A DNA stretch of 64,000 bases from an uncultured Candidatus Saccharibacteria bacterium (GCA_964593885.1 CAZQKK010000002.1:11997-75996); one strand, 5' to 3'; positions 36,252-46,749 are shown, counted from the stretch's first letter. A program made the numbers and translations. The notes: generated from the letters alone by a model not told the origin.

Positions 36252-37810
36252 TGAAGGTTGTCGCTACCATTTGGCGTTGGCCCCTTCACGTCCTCTTCTT
36301 TGGAATGTACCCCGTCCTTTTCCTCTTTGGTAGAAACCAGCGTGAGCTTGAGTTTGGGGTTGTCGTACTCCCAATCCTACTCATTTGGTTGGCAGGATTT
36401 ACCTTGGTGAGCGTGCTATCGCTCCTGACGCGGAGTTGGCTTCGTGCCAGTCTCCTCGCAAGCGCGTTCATCGTCATCTTCTTCACCTACCCCCACCTCT
36501 ACGATGTTTTTGGGTACGGAAAAATTGAGCTCCTCGGGGCTACACTTACCACCAGTAAGGTTACAAATGCTATAGCGGTTCTTGTGACGATCTTTGCTAC
36601 CGCCTGGGTAATGCGGAGCAGGGTTTCGCTCCCTTCACTCACACGGGTTGCTAATACAACGGCCTGCATCTTGGTGGTACTCAGCCTCGTGACGGTGGTG
36701 ACTAACCGCGCAAGTGGAAACGAATCAGGGAGGTTTAGTAGAGAAGAGGTGGGGGATGTGAAGGGGACTACCACAGAAAAGAGTCCGGATATCTACTACT
36801 TCATCTTTGATCGCTACGCCAACGAGGCTTCACTCACCGAGTATGGCTTTGACAACACCCCATTCCTCAGCTCACTTACTGGAGAAGGCTTTGAGGTGGT
36901 TCATCACTCACCTGGTAACTACCCCAACACTACCGAGTCACTGGCATCGTCCCTGAACATGAAGTACCTGGATGAGCTAGCTGGACGGGTGGGAGTAGAG
37001 AGTAGCTCCATTACCCCAATGAGGCAGAGTATTAAAGACAACGCCGTCAGTGAGTTTCTCAGGGGGCGGGGCTACGATTTCTACAACGTTGGCTCGTGGT
37101 GGGAGGGGACGCGTACCAATGATTTTGCCAAGAAGAGCTATGTGGCCGAGCAAAGGAGCCTTGGGCTGAATGAATTTTCTACCAACCTGTTCTTGAAGGA
37201 TACGCTCCTTGGGAAAATGGCAGCTAGGTTCTTTCCTGAAACCTACACTGGGCACGCCGATAGGTTTGAGTACCAGCTCAGTGCGGTGAGGGAAGTTGCT
37301 GCAAAGCCAGAGGCTACCTACACCTTCGCCCACTTCCTGATGCCACACGACCCGTACGTCTTCAACGCAGATTGCACCCCTCGGTCTCCTGAAAAGGTGG
37401 GCGAGAGTACCTACCAGCAAAACTACCTCGATCAGCTGCAGTGTGCCAATACCAAGATCCTCGATCTCATGAGGGACATAAAAGCTGCTTCGGCTACCCC
37501 ACCTTTGATTGTCCTCCAGTCAGACGAGGGTCCTCACCCCATCCTTTCGCCAAGAACCACCTCAAGCTGGCTTGACCTGCCAGACAGATCGTACCGTGAG
37601 AAGCTGCGAATCTTAAACGCAACCTTCGCGCCGGATGGGTTTCATCTCCCTGAGGGGACAACCCCAGTGAATACTTTCAGGTACGTTTTTAACCACTACT
37701 TTGGGACAAGCTTTGAGATTCTCCCAAACAAATCTTTCGTCTTTGAGCGAGAGGAGCGACCCTACAAATTCATCGAGGTTACCGACAAAGTTACCTTCCC
37801 TAATGACTAG
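36248..37810 (+). CDS. polytopic membrane protein with C-terminal sulfatase/alkaline-phosphatase-superfamily domain (LtaS / phosphotransferase-like)
   Basis: About 5 N-terminal TM helices. The extracytoplasmic domain has FLMPHDPYVF and DEGPHP blocks typical of the sulfatase fold. Start overlaps the previous stop (ATGA). Confidence 0.65.
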   Translation: MMKVVATIWRWPLHVLFFGMYPVLFLFGRNQRELEFGVVVLPILLIWLAGFTLVSVLSLLTRSWLRASLLASAFIVIFFTYPHLYDVFGYGKIELLGATLTTSKVTNAIAVLVTIFATAWVMRSRVSLPSLTRVANTTACILVVLSLVTVVTNRASGNESGRFSREEVGDVKGTTTEKSPDIYYFIFDRYANEASLTEYGFDNTPFLSSLTGEGFEVVHHSPGNYPNTTESLASSLNMKYLDELAGRVGVESSSITPMRQSIKDNAVSEFLRGRGYDFYNVGSWWEGTRTNDFAKKSYVAEQRSLGLNEFSTNLFLKDTLLGKMAARFFPETYTGHADRFEYQLSAVREVAAKPEATYTFAHFLMPHDPYVFNADCTPRSPEKVGESTYQQNYLDQLQCANTKILDLMRDIKAASATPPLIVLQSDEGPHPILSPRTTSSWLDLPDRSYREKLRILNATFAPDGFHLPEGTTPVNTFRYVFNHYFGTSFEILPNKSFVFEREERPYKFIEVTDKVTFPND

Positions 37811-37827
37811 TGGTATGCTGGATCCAC

Positions 37828-38883
37828 ATGAAAAGGAAAATCGAGAAGTGTAAGGTCTGTGGTTCGTGGAGCTGGACTGATGTCTACCCAGAAGTCCTGG
37901 GGTTTAGGATTGACCGAAAGTTTGCAATCCACCGCTGTGCTGACTGCCGCACCGTAGCAACTTCGCACCCACTTACGGGAAAAGAGCTTGCAAGCTACTA
38001 CGATAGCCAGCCAGTGGCTAGTAACGGCAAGAGTGAAGACGAGTGGGTAGAGGACTACCTGCGCAACCGTGAGGACTACTGGTACAAACTTGGCTACTAC
38101 AACCGCCTCGCCGAGATTAGGCGTATTTTCCCAAAAGCGAAGAAGATCCTGGACATTGGGTGTGATGCTGGGTTCTTCCTAGACTTCCTGAGGGAGCACG
38201 GCTACGAAACATTTGGTCTCGAGGTTTCGGAGCGCTGTCATGCTATTGCTACCAAGAAGCTCAAACTCAACGTCAAGAAAGCTCAAGTGAGCGAACTTGC
38301 TAAAGGTGAGCTTCCACCCATTGATGTGGTAACGATGTACGACGTGCTTGAGCACACCGAAGATCCACGCAGTGACCTCGTTGCCATAAAGGAAATCATG
38401 GAGTATGACGGCAAGATTATCATCAACCTCCCCAACCTCGATAGCTTCATTTCGCGCGTAACCGGTGCACAGTGGAATAAGCTCATCCCACCAAGCCACA
38501 CCTTCTTCTTTACCGCAAAGACACTCAGACACCTCGTGGAAGAAGTTGACTACGATTTTGTCAGCGTGAGCACCAACAACGGCACGGCCAGTGAGCTGGC
38601 CTCAGAGCTTGGAACCTCACTTTGGAGGTTGCTCGGCTTTATCTTCACACCCATTGCTGATGCCTACGCTTGCAAAGACCTGCCATTTGGTGAACACAAG
38701 AGCATCCTAGTGGCGATGGTAAAACTTACCAAAAAGCTCTGTGGTTACCTTGGTTTCCTGGTTGTGCCTCTCATGCCTTTCCTCACCCTCTTCAAGAAAG
38801 GGGAGGGCCTTCACCTGATCGCCGAGAAAGAACAGTACTACACCTCTGGGATCCATCTAAATGGGCCCCTCAAATTTACCTAG
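37828..38883 (+). CDS. class I SAM-dependent methyltransferase with N-terminal zinc ribbon
   Basis: CKVCGSW...CADCRT zinc ribbon. ILDIGCDAGFFL (motif I) and MYDVLEH (motif III-like). The ATG at 37828 is preferred over the tracked GTG at 37810. Confidence 0.7.
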   Translation: MKRKIEKCKVCGSWSWTDVYPEVLGFRIDRKFAIHRCADCRTVATSHPLTGKELASYYDSQPVASNGKSEDEWVEDYLRNREDYWYKLGYYNRLAEIRRIFPKAKKILDIGCDAGFFLDFLREHGYETFGLEVSERCHAIATKKLKLNVKKAQVSELAKGELPPIDVVTMYDVLEHTEDPRSDLVAIKEIMEYDGKIIINLPNLDSFISRVTGAQWNKLIPPSHTFFFTAKTLRHLVEEVDYDFVSVSTNNGTASELASELGTSLWRLLGFIFTPIADAYACKDLPFGEHKSILVAMVKLTKKLCGYLGFLVVPLMPFLTLFKKGEGLHLIAEKEQYYTSGIHLNGPLKFT

Positions 38884-39501
38884 GAATCGTGGAGCTGGCT
38901 TGAGAACGGCAATATCTAACCACGCTTTGTAGGAAGCAGCTATTTCACGCATCGTGTATGAGGTTTTGAGGTTAGGGTACTTCTCAAAGTCTTCAATACC
39001 TAGGCCATCTGCGGCGATACCAAAACTCCTGCAGAGGTAGAGCGCACGCGGGAGATGGAACTTCTGGGTAACCAGGATGGCATCGGTAACCCCAAAAATC
39101 TCCTTGGCTCGGTAGCAGCTATCGTAGGTACTAAACCCGGCGTAGTCCAGCACTATCTGATCAGGGGTAGCACCAGCGGCGATGGCATTCTTTTTCATGG
39201 CTGAGACTTCGTCGTAGTCAACACTGCCGTTATCACCTGTCATCAGGAGCTTCTCAACCTTCCCAGACTGGAGGAGCGATACACCGGTGAGCACCCTGTC
39301 GAGCAAGATTGGGCTCAGGCTGCCATCGCGTCTTACTGCAGCTCCAAAAATGATCGCTACCCTGTGGTCGGGGATGGTTTCTGTGGTGTAGGTGAAGGCC
39401 GCCTCGGTTTCACGCATGATGTAGACCACTCCTGCTACATGGCTGAGGAAGAGCGTGACGAGGATTGCTGTGGTGATTGCCGCAGGTTTGAGGTAGCGCA
39501 T
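38857..39501 (-). CDS. DUF218 (SanA/ElyC/YdcF) family envelope protein
   Basis: N-terminal TM then AIIFGAAVRRDGSLSPILLDRV...LLMTGDNGSVDYDEVSAMK, the hallmark DUF218 core. Confidence 0.75.
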   Translation of the reverse strand: MRYLKPAAITTAILVTLFLSHVAGVVYIMRETEAAFTYTTETIPDHRVAIIFGAAVRRDGSLSPILLDRVLTGVSLLQSGKVEKLLMTGDNGSVDYDEVSAMKKNAIAAGATPDQIVLDYAGFSTYDSCYRAKEIFGVTDAILVTQKFHLPRALYLCRSFGIAADGLGIEDFEKYPNLKTSYTMREIAASYKAWLDIAVLKPAPRFLGKFEGPI

Positions 39502-39569
39502 GTGGTCATTCTAGCAGTACGTCTGGAGGTGTCTACTAACAAAAAACCTCCTTGTAGGAGGTTGAGAAT

Positions 39570-40184
39570 TTAGCTGCTCACCAGGCCGATGCCGTAGCTG
39601 AGCCTCCAGACGTCTCGTTTCTCCACCGTTACCTTGGTGAAGAACAGGAGGAGCTGGACGTCACCAACGAATGGCTTATCCGGTGGTTTGTTGATGGTGA
39701 ACTGGATTATCTGGGTTTTCTCGAGAGGAAAACCATCCATGAACTTCCGGTCAAGCTTCTGGTTAGTGTCAATTCTCTCCAAGGCGTCTTCGTAGAGCTT
39801 CTTTGCCTCTGAGAGGCTGATGGTAGCCGCCTTGGCGGTTCCACCTGGCTCAAAGAGTGGCTTAAAACCATCTCTGCTTGCCCTAGCAAATGACGCAACG
39901 CCGTAGAGGAAGTTCCGCGTGGTGGCGTAGTCGTCGGTTGCCTCAGCGGGGAGGACAACAGGCTTAACCATCAGGAAACTATTGTAGGCGGCCGTGTAGA
40001 CGAGGTGTCGAGCAGCAGCACTCAGGTCTTTCTCGCTGGCAAGTTTGTCAAACTCAGCCTGGAACGAGGTAGGTGGTGCTGGGGTTTCTTGGGCGAAGCT
40101 CACGCTCGCCAGAAGTGATAGACAGAGGCACAGGAGAATGGCTCCGAAGCTCCAGAATTGGCGAATACTCAAAGTAGCTTTCAC
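39570..40184 (-). CDS. secreted hypothetical protein
   Basis: Signal peptide followed by a 180-aa domain of unknown function. Confidence 0.5.
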   Translation of the reverse strand: MKATLSIRQFWSFGAILLCLCLSLLASVSFAQETPAPPTSFQAEFDKLASEKDLSAAARHLVYTAAYNSFLMVKPVVLPAEATDDYATTRNFLYGVASFARASRDGFKPLFEPGGTAKAATISLSEAKKLYEDALERIDTNQKLDRKFMDGFPLEKTQIIQFTINKPPDKPFVGDVQLLLFFTKVTVEKRDVWRLSYGIGLVSS

Positions 40185-40222
40185 GCGCGTAAGCTACCAG
40201 AAAACGTATGAAAATGCCAGGC

Positions 40223-40993
40223 TTAGGCTTCGCCCCAGCCCAGCTCAATGGCGGCGAGTGATGATGTGTAGCCGGAGATGAGGCAGAAGAAGTCGGTTAT
40301 GTCACCGTTCCAGTAGCTCCCAATGTTGTGTCGGTAGAGGAAGAGAACAAGTGCCACCGCTAGGAACCCGAGGGAGAGGAAGTAGAGCTTTAGTGATTTT
40401 GCTGAGGTACCTCCACTTGAGCGTGAGGCAATCATTACCAGTGACATCAGGGCACAGGCAATCACCGGGTAGACAATGGTGAAGAACCTGACAATAGGAT
40501 CTGAGGTAAACCTGAGAGATGGAATAATGAAGAAGACAAATACGAGGATGAAACCAAGCGTCGCAACACCCACAGACTGAAAGACAATTCTCCTGGTGAG
40601 GGTAGGACCTAGGAGCTCTAGGATGGCAACGCACGCTACACCAACCGAGATAGTGTAGAGGGTGAAGAATACATCAGCACTTGAGGGGAAGGGAGTGGAG
40701 ATACCCTTCACGATGCCAGAGTACGCCCAGATGTAGAGAGCAATAGCAAACGAGAGTGACCCCAGCGAGAAGAGCCAGAGTGCCTTTCCTTGAGCTCCGC
40801 TGATGTAGCGTCTCTTGTGGGCGATAAACCCAAGGAGGGCACTTGCCACAAATACTGATGCATACCCGGCGTTAAACCACGAGTTAACTACCTCATGCTT
40901 TGTTCCACTTGCGTACAGCGTTAACTGCCAGAGAAGGAGCAGTCCAGTGAGGACTGACATGAGTATTCTCAGGGTGTGAGCGACGCGGTGCAT
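40223..40993 (-). CDS. polytopic membrane protein (about 7 TM), possible sensory/transport module
   Basis: 256 aa with 7 hydrophobic segments. Divergently oriented to the histidine kinase gene. Confidence 0.5.
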   Translation of the reverse strand: MHRVAHTLRILMSVLTGLLLLWQLTLYASGTKHEVVNSWFNAGYASVFVASALLGFIAHKRRYISGAQGKALWLFSLGSLSFAIALYIWAYSGIVKGISTPFPSSADVFFTLYTISVGVACVAILELLGPTLTRRIVFQSVGVATLGFILVFVFFIIPSLRFTSDPIVRFFTIVYPVIACALMSLVMIASRSSGGTSAKSLKLYFLSLGFLAVALVLFLYRHNIGSYWNGDITDFFCLISGYTSSLAAIELGWGEA

Positions 40994-41031
40994 GGTATGA
41001 GGAGGGTACTTTCAAGTAGACTGTATATACT

Positions 41032-42513
41032 ATGGGTCTCTTCACCATCTTTCGCAAGCCACAACCCGAGGCCAGTCCTTCAGCCCTTGCTGTTGAGCGG
41101 GTAATTGGGTTCCTTTTCTCGTGTTTCGTCAACCAGGAACCGGTGAGAGAGCCGCTCCATAGGTTCCTCGAGCTGCAAGCAGGAGCAAACACCGCAGATA
41201 GGCTCCTGGAGTACCTCAACCTCTACACCACAGTTGAACGGGTGCTCGTCAGCCAGCAGCCACCAGTGGTGGAGCGAAACTACACTCGGGAAGAGATTAG
41301 ACACGAGATTATCACAAGATTTTCGCCAGAGCAGCTACCCCCAACTTTCGCCGTCATTTTTCTCACTCCAAAAGGGCAGTACCGCTACTTGGGAGAGCTT
41401 GCGGTAACCACCTACAGTAACTACCTCACCCACGCCTTTGGGGTGGCAAAGCTGAGGTTGATGATTGACGCCCATCCCCTCAACCACCCGATGCGAAGCC
41501 TCAAAGTGTCTGATAGTGGCCAGCTAGACTGGACGGTGGCGGGGAAGTTTTTGGACGAGCTACCTGAAGAGCAGGTGGTGGAGGCACTTTCAGAAACTAT
41601 CACGAAACTCCACGATGAGCTGGTTACCCACTTTGGTGAGCACACCGCTGATGACCTGGTAGGCAAGCTCTACCTTCCAATCAAGCACTCCTACGACTTT
41701 GATGTGGTAAACCGCATGCTTGCTCTTCTCCCTGCCACGGTGCTAGAAGATGAGAGGCTCACCTTCCTCAGTAGGGAAGAGCTTGAGAAACGGCTGACAG
41801 ATGCCCGTAATGCCGAGAGATCACGTGAGGAGTTCTTCTCCATTGCCTCACACGAGCTGAGGACTCCACTTACCGCTATTAGGGGGTACTCAGAGCTCCT
41901 AGAGCAGATGTACGTGCCAACGGTGAACGACCCCCAGTTCACCAAGTTTGTCCTTGCCATCCACGACAGTAGCAAACGGCTGATTGAGATTGTGAATGAC
42001 TTCCTCAACATGTCCAGCCTCGAGCAGGGGAAGATTTCCTTTGATAACCAGCCGCTCGTGCTCACCAACCTTCTCAACGAGGTGAGCGATGACGTAGCTT
42101 CGGTTGCCTCGCAGCGTGGAATTACCTTAACCCGGGACTACGTTGATTCGCCCTACGAGGTTACCGCAGATGCCAACCGCCTCAAGCAGGTACTCATTAA
42201 CCTCCTGGGCAATGCCATCAAGTTCAGTGATGAGGGAGCAGTTTCCATTGGTATTCGTTTGCTGCCATCGGACATTGAAATCACCATCACCGATACAGGC
42301 AAAGGCATTAGCCCAGAAAACCAGCACCTCCTCTTCAGGAAGTTCCAGCAGGCAGGGGACAGCATCCTCACCCGCGATGCTTCTAGGGGTACCGGCCTTG
42401 GCCTCTACATCTCCAAGCTGATCATGGAGGGTTTGCATGGGAGCATTTACCTGAAAGAATCAGTGGTGGGTGAGGGGAGTACTTTCGCCCTCTCGCTGCC
42501 TAGAACGAAGTAA
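41032..42513 (+). CDS. sensor histidine kinase (cytoplasmic; HisKA + HATPase_c)
   Basis: H-box SHELRTPLTAIRGY, N-box LLGNAIKFS, and G-boxes DTGKGI and GTGLGL. No TM segments in the 230-aa N-terminal region. Confidence 0.85.
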   Translation: MGLFTIFRKPQPEASPSALAVERVIGFLFSCFVNQEPVREPLHRFLELQAGANTADRLLEYLNLYTTVERVLVSQQPPVVERNYTREEIRHEIITRFSPEQLPPTFAVIFLTPKGQYRYLGELAVTTYSNYLTHAFGVAKLRLMIDAHPLNHPMRSLKVSDSGQLDWTVAGKFLDELPEEQVVEALSETITKLHDELVTHFGEHTADDLVGKLYLPIKHSYDFDVVNRMLALLPATVLEDERLTFLSREELEKRLTDARNAERSREEFFSIASHELRTPLTAIRGYSELLEQMYVPTVNDPQFTKFVLAIHDSSKRLIEIVNDFLNMSSLEQGKISFDNQPLVLTNLLNEVSDDVASVASQRGITLTRDYVDSPYEVTADANRLKQVLINLLGNAIKFSDEGAVSIGIRLLPSDIEITITDTGKGISPENQHLLFRKFQQAGDSILTRDASRGTGLGLYISKLIMEGLHGSIYLKESVVGEGSTFALSLPRTK

Positions 42514-42522
42514 CACCTACCT

Positions 42523-42927
42523 ATGGCTACCATTCTCCTCGTAGAAGATGATGCAACCCTCGCTGACATGTACCAGCTGATGCTCCAGATGAAGGGGCAC
42601 ACGGTGCTGGTATCTCACAACGGACAGGATGCCATTGTCCAGGCAAAAGCTTCAAAGCCAGATGCCATCCTCTTAGACATGATGATGCCGGTGCTCAACG
42701 GCATTGAGACCCTGAAGCAAATGAAGGCACTACCTGAGCTCAACGATATTCCCGTAGCGATGCTCAGCAACCTCGCCGACGACCAGCAAGCTGAGATTGC
42801 GATGCTCACTGGAGCAACCAAGTACGTCATCAAGAGCAACTGCACTGCAGATAGCCTGCATGATCTGGTTTTTGGTATGCTACAGAAGAAGGTTCCTCAC
42901 ACCGCCCCAAATCAACCACCGGCCTAA
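42523..42927 (+). CDS. single-domain response regulator (CheY-like receiver only)
   Basis: DD acidic pocket, phospho-acceptor Asp in LLDMMMP and conserved Lys in YVIKS. No output domain. Confidence 0.85.
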   Translation: MATILLVEDDATLADMYQLMLQMKGHTVLVSHNGQDAIVQAKASKPDAILLDMMMPVLNGIETLKQMKALPELNDIPVAMLSNLADDQQAEIAMLTGATKYVIKSNCTADSLHDLVFGMLQKKVPHTAPNQPPA

Positions 42928-42938
42928 ATCTTTGCTCC

Positions 42939-45900
42939 CCATGCCTGAAAAAGACGCCACACACGTTGTTGCTACTGATTGGAATGCCAAAATGGTGAAT
43001 TGGTTCACCAAGAATACCTACGTAGCCCTCCTCCTCTTCATCGGTCTCATCCTTGCAGGTACCGGAGCACTTCTTTCACTTAGGCGAGAAGGCTTTCCTT
43101 CACCGGACATTAACGTTGCGGTAATTACCACTGTCTACCGAGGTGCCAGTCCAACAGCGGTTGAGCAGCAGATTGTGAAGCCTATTGAGGCGGCAATCTC
43201 GGGTGTGGCAGGAGTCTCCGAGGTTACCTCGCAGGCTGCCAACAGTTTTGGCACGGTAAGTGTTAGCTTCAAAGCTGGCACAGACTTCGCCTCGGGCCTC
43301 TCCGAGTTGAGGACTGAGGTGCAGAGCTTAGTTTTACCAAGTGATGCTGACCAACCTGAAATCATCGTCCCAAGTTTTGGTGGTAACATTTCCTACTACG
43401 CTGTAGCTGGCGAAGGCGAGCCTGCGGCCTTGAGATCAATTGGTGATGAGATTAGGAAAGACCTCGAGGCAGTTTCCGGGGTGAAGAGCTTCAAGCTCCT
43501 CTCGGGGGTTAAGGACACCCTTACCATTGCGTGGAAAGGTTCAGAGCTTGCCAAGTTTGGGCTAACCCCACAAGACATCCAGAATTCCCTCCAGGCAAAC
43601 AACCTCACCATTCCAGCTGGCACCCTCCCAATTCAAGGTGTAGATACCAGTGTTGTAACCTCAGCAAACCTTACCAGCGCCAACCAGGTTAGCGAGATGA
43701 CGGTAAAGCTGGTGAATGGCAAGGCTATCAAGGTGAGCGATGTTGCTACGGTAACCCCAGGCTACGACTACGATTCGCTCATGAACAGCGTTGGTTTTAA
43801 AGGGGTTGATGATGCTAGCGGGAGCCTCGTCAAGAAATCTGCTCTCATCTACGCACTTGAGTACGAGGACGATGTTGATGTCTTGAGAACCAACGCTAAG
43901 GTTGAGGAAGTTCTCTCCTCAAACCGTGAAAAGCTTGCCGCAGGAAACCACCTCGTTACCCTGAGCGATGTTGCAGAAGCCACCCGTGACCAGATCACGG
44001 AGATTGAAGAGGGTGCGATTGGTGGCGCCATAGGTGATGGTCCTTTCAAGAACCTCGGCTACATCCTTGGTGGTATCTGGTTGATCATGCTAGCGATGCT
44101 CCTGCTGGTGAGCTGGAGGGCAGCCCTCATTTCTACCCTTGCCATTCCGCTTTCGCTCCTCTTCACTTTCCTTTCGCTTCAGATCCTTGGGGTTACCCTC
44201 AACACCCTGACGCTCTTTTCGATGGTTCTGGTTCTCGGTCTCATCGTAGACCCCGCCATTGTGGTGCTTGAGGCTATTCAACGTGAACTTGACCTTGGGA
44301 AGCGTGGGAGAGATGCGGTTACGGCGGCAATGAACACCATTGGTACCGGCGTCTTTGTGGCAGTACTCACCAGCATCATTGTCTTCGTGCCATTTGGTGT
44401 CGTATCAGGGATCTTCGGCGAAATCATCAAGTACATTCCACTCACCATTATCCCAGCCCTCCTAGCCTCGTACTTCATTCCGGTGTTCTTTCTCACCTGG
44501 GCAGCTCAGCGCTGGCTGAGGCCTTCACGCCTTGCCAGAGACGATGAAGCCATTGGTAACCTTTGGAAGCTGGCACAGTGGTTCATCAAAACTAACACCT
44601 CCATCCTTAAGCGCCCAGTGCTCCAGGTGGTGATTATCGTTGCGGCAGTAGTGCTCCCACTTGGGGTGACAGGCTACCTCTTCGCTACCAAGGGAGTAGT
44701 TCCGGTGCAGTTCTCAGCTCCGGTTGATGCAGACTCAATGACCGTAAGGCTAGACTACCCTGGAAACTTCACAGAAGGACAGAAGCAAGAGGTTATCGCC
44801 AAGGTGGAAGAGGTGCTCCTGGGAGAAAAGACCATCCAGCGCTACTTCCCATTCAGCCAAGATGGAGTGATGACTATCTCAGCGTGGTTCCTACCTCGTT
44901 CGCTCCGAGATACCGACAGTCCAGCCATTGTGGAAAGGGTCAACGAGAAGTTCAAGAAGATTGAGAACCCAGACAAACGTATCTTCGTGACTGCTGGTGC
45001 CGACAGCGTTGGTACCCCACAAAATCAGTACCCGGTTGCGGTGAACATCTTTGACGACTCACTTGAAGACCTTAAGGCAGCTGCAATCAAGACAGGTGAG
45101 ATTCTGCGCGAGCAGCCAAACGTAACCCGGGTTGAAGATGGCTTTACGGGACGAAACAACAGCCAGCTTGAGGTGGTACTCAACCGTGAGAAGCTCAACT
45201 CTCTTGGCCTTCCAGCTATTGCTGTTGCTCAAACCCTAGCCGGGGTGATTGGCGAGTCTGAGGTGAGCAAGTTTGAAAGGGAAGTTGACGGAGACGTCAG
45301 AACCGTTGAGGTACTCCTCACCAATGCCTCAAAGCCTACCGATAAGGCAGCGGTGGCTGGAACGGTACTCTTGGCCACCCCTCAAGGAGTGGTGAAGGTT
45401 TCAGATGTTGCAACGGTTCAGGAAGTGAATGGCTTTGCGGGCATTCAGCGTCTCAACGGCAGCAGGTTTGTTACCGTACAGGCAAAGGTGGTAGACGAGC
45501 TCAAAGATGCAGCAGCTCCCCAGCAGGCAGTAAAGGATTTCTGGACGAAGGATAAACTTGCGGAATTCAACCTGAGAGAAGATGCCCTCGAGAGCCGGGG
45601 AAGCGGGGATGAGTTCATTAAGAGCTTCCAAGATCTCTTCATCGCCCTTGGGGTTGCCATTCTCCTTCTCTACGTTACCCTCGTTATCTTCCTGAAGAGC
45701 TTCAGTCAGCCTTTCATCATCCTCTTTGCAGTTCCGCTCACCTTCCTAGGAGTCTTCCCTGCACTCACCTTGGTGGGAGGACAATTTGGCTTCCTTGAGA
45801 TCCTTGGAATTATTACCCTCTCGGGGATTGTGGTAAACGTAGGTATCTTCCTGATTGACCTCGCCAACCAGAAACGTGCCGAAGGTATGGATTACAAACA

Positions 45901-46150
45901 AGCCATTGCTGAGGCAAGTGGAATTAGGTTCAGACCAATCATCCTCACAAAGCTGACGACACTTGGAGGACTACTGCCGCTCATCCTGCTCAGCCCATTC
46001 TGGCAGAGCTTGGCAACCGTGGTTACGGCAGGCGTCCTTGTAAGTGGCTTCCTTTCGCTCTTCACCACGCCAATTCTCTACAGCTGGTTTGTGGGAGGTA
46101 AGCTCAGGGTGGTAAAGGGAATTCAGGCTCGGCGTGCGGTAAGGCGCTAG
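42939..46150 (+). CDS. RND superfamily efflux transporter (AcrB/HAE-type, 12 TM with two large external loops)
   Basis: About 1070 aa with the typical RND repeat architecture and length. The ATG at 42939 is preferred because the tracked start overlaps the response regulator. No adjacent membrane fusion protein or outer membrane factor gene. Confidence 0.85.
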
Positions 46151-46281
46151 CGTGAAGTACGTCTTTCTTGCTTTTATACTGGTTGTGCTTGGGGGAGTTG
46201 CGGTGTATGCCGCAACTTCACCTGAGGATGGGAGCGAAAAGCGAGCGGCTTCGGTAATCCAGTACAGCCCTTCTCCCAGTC

Positions 46282-46749
46282 CTACTTTTCAGTAGCACCT
46301 GCAAGGCTGATGACAGCCTCGTACTCCTCTTTGGTGACAGGTTGCACCGAGAGCCTCATACCCCGTTTTACCACCAGCATGCTTGAGGTAGAGGGGTTTT
46401 CGCGTAGCTCTTGCAGCGTAACCATGCGCTTGAATGTAGAGGCGTAGTGAATATCAACTAAGAACCAGACTGGCTTTTCTGGTGTAGCACGTGGCTCAAA
46501 GTACTCGCCCTTTTCATCAAACTGGGTTGGGTCTGCGTAAGGAGTACTCCCAACGGTTGCGGTACCCACAACTCCTGCCGGGGTGATACTTGAGTGGTAG
46601 AAGAGAATAGTATCGCCGACCTGCATATGGTCTCGCATGTAGTTGCGAGCTTGGTAGTTTCGCACCCCTGTCCAAGGCTCCACACCTTTCTGTTTGAGGT
46701 CTGCTAGGGAGAACTCCGAAGGTTCACTTTTCATGAGCCAGTATCGCAT
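46282..46749 (-). CDS. EVE domain (PUA-like) protein
   Basis: MRYWLMKSEPSEFSLADL...GVRNYQARNYMRDHMQVGDTILFYHS is the canonical EVE N-terminus. Confidence 0.8.
   Translation of the reverse strand: MRYWLMKSEPSEFSLADLKQKGVEPWTGVRNYQARNYMRDHMQVGDTILFYHSSITPAGVVGTATVGSTPYADPTQFDEKGEYFEPRATPEKPVWFLVDIHYASTFKRMVTLQELRENPSTSSMLVVKRGMRLSVQPVTKEEYEAVISLAGATEK

Noticed and set aside
42797-42938. Upstream extension of the RND ORF overlapping the response-regulator gene
   Set aside because: No stop codon happens to occur in that frame. The ATG at 42939 directly follows the regulator stop and precedes the first TM helix.
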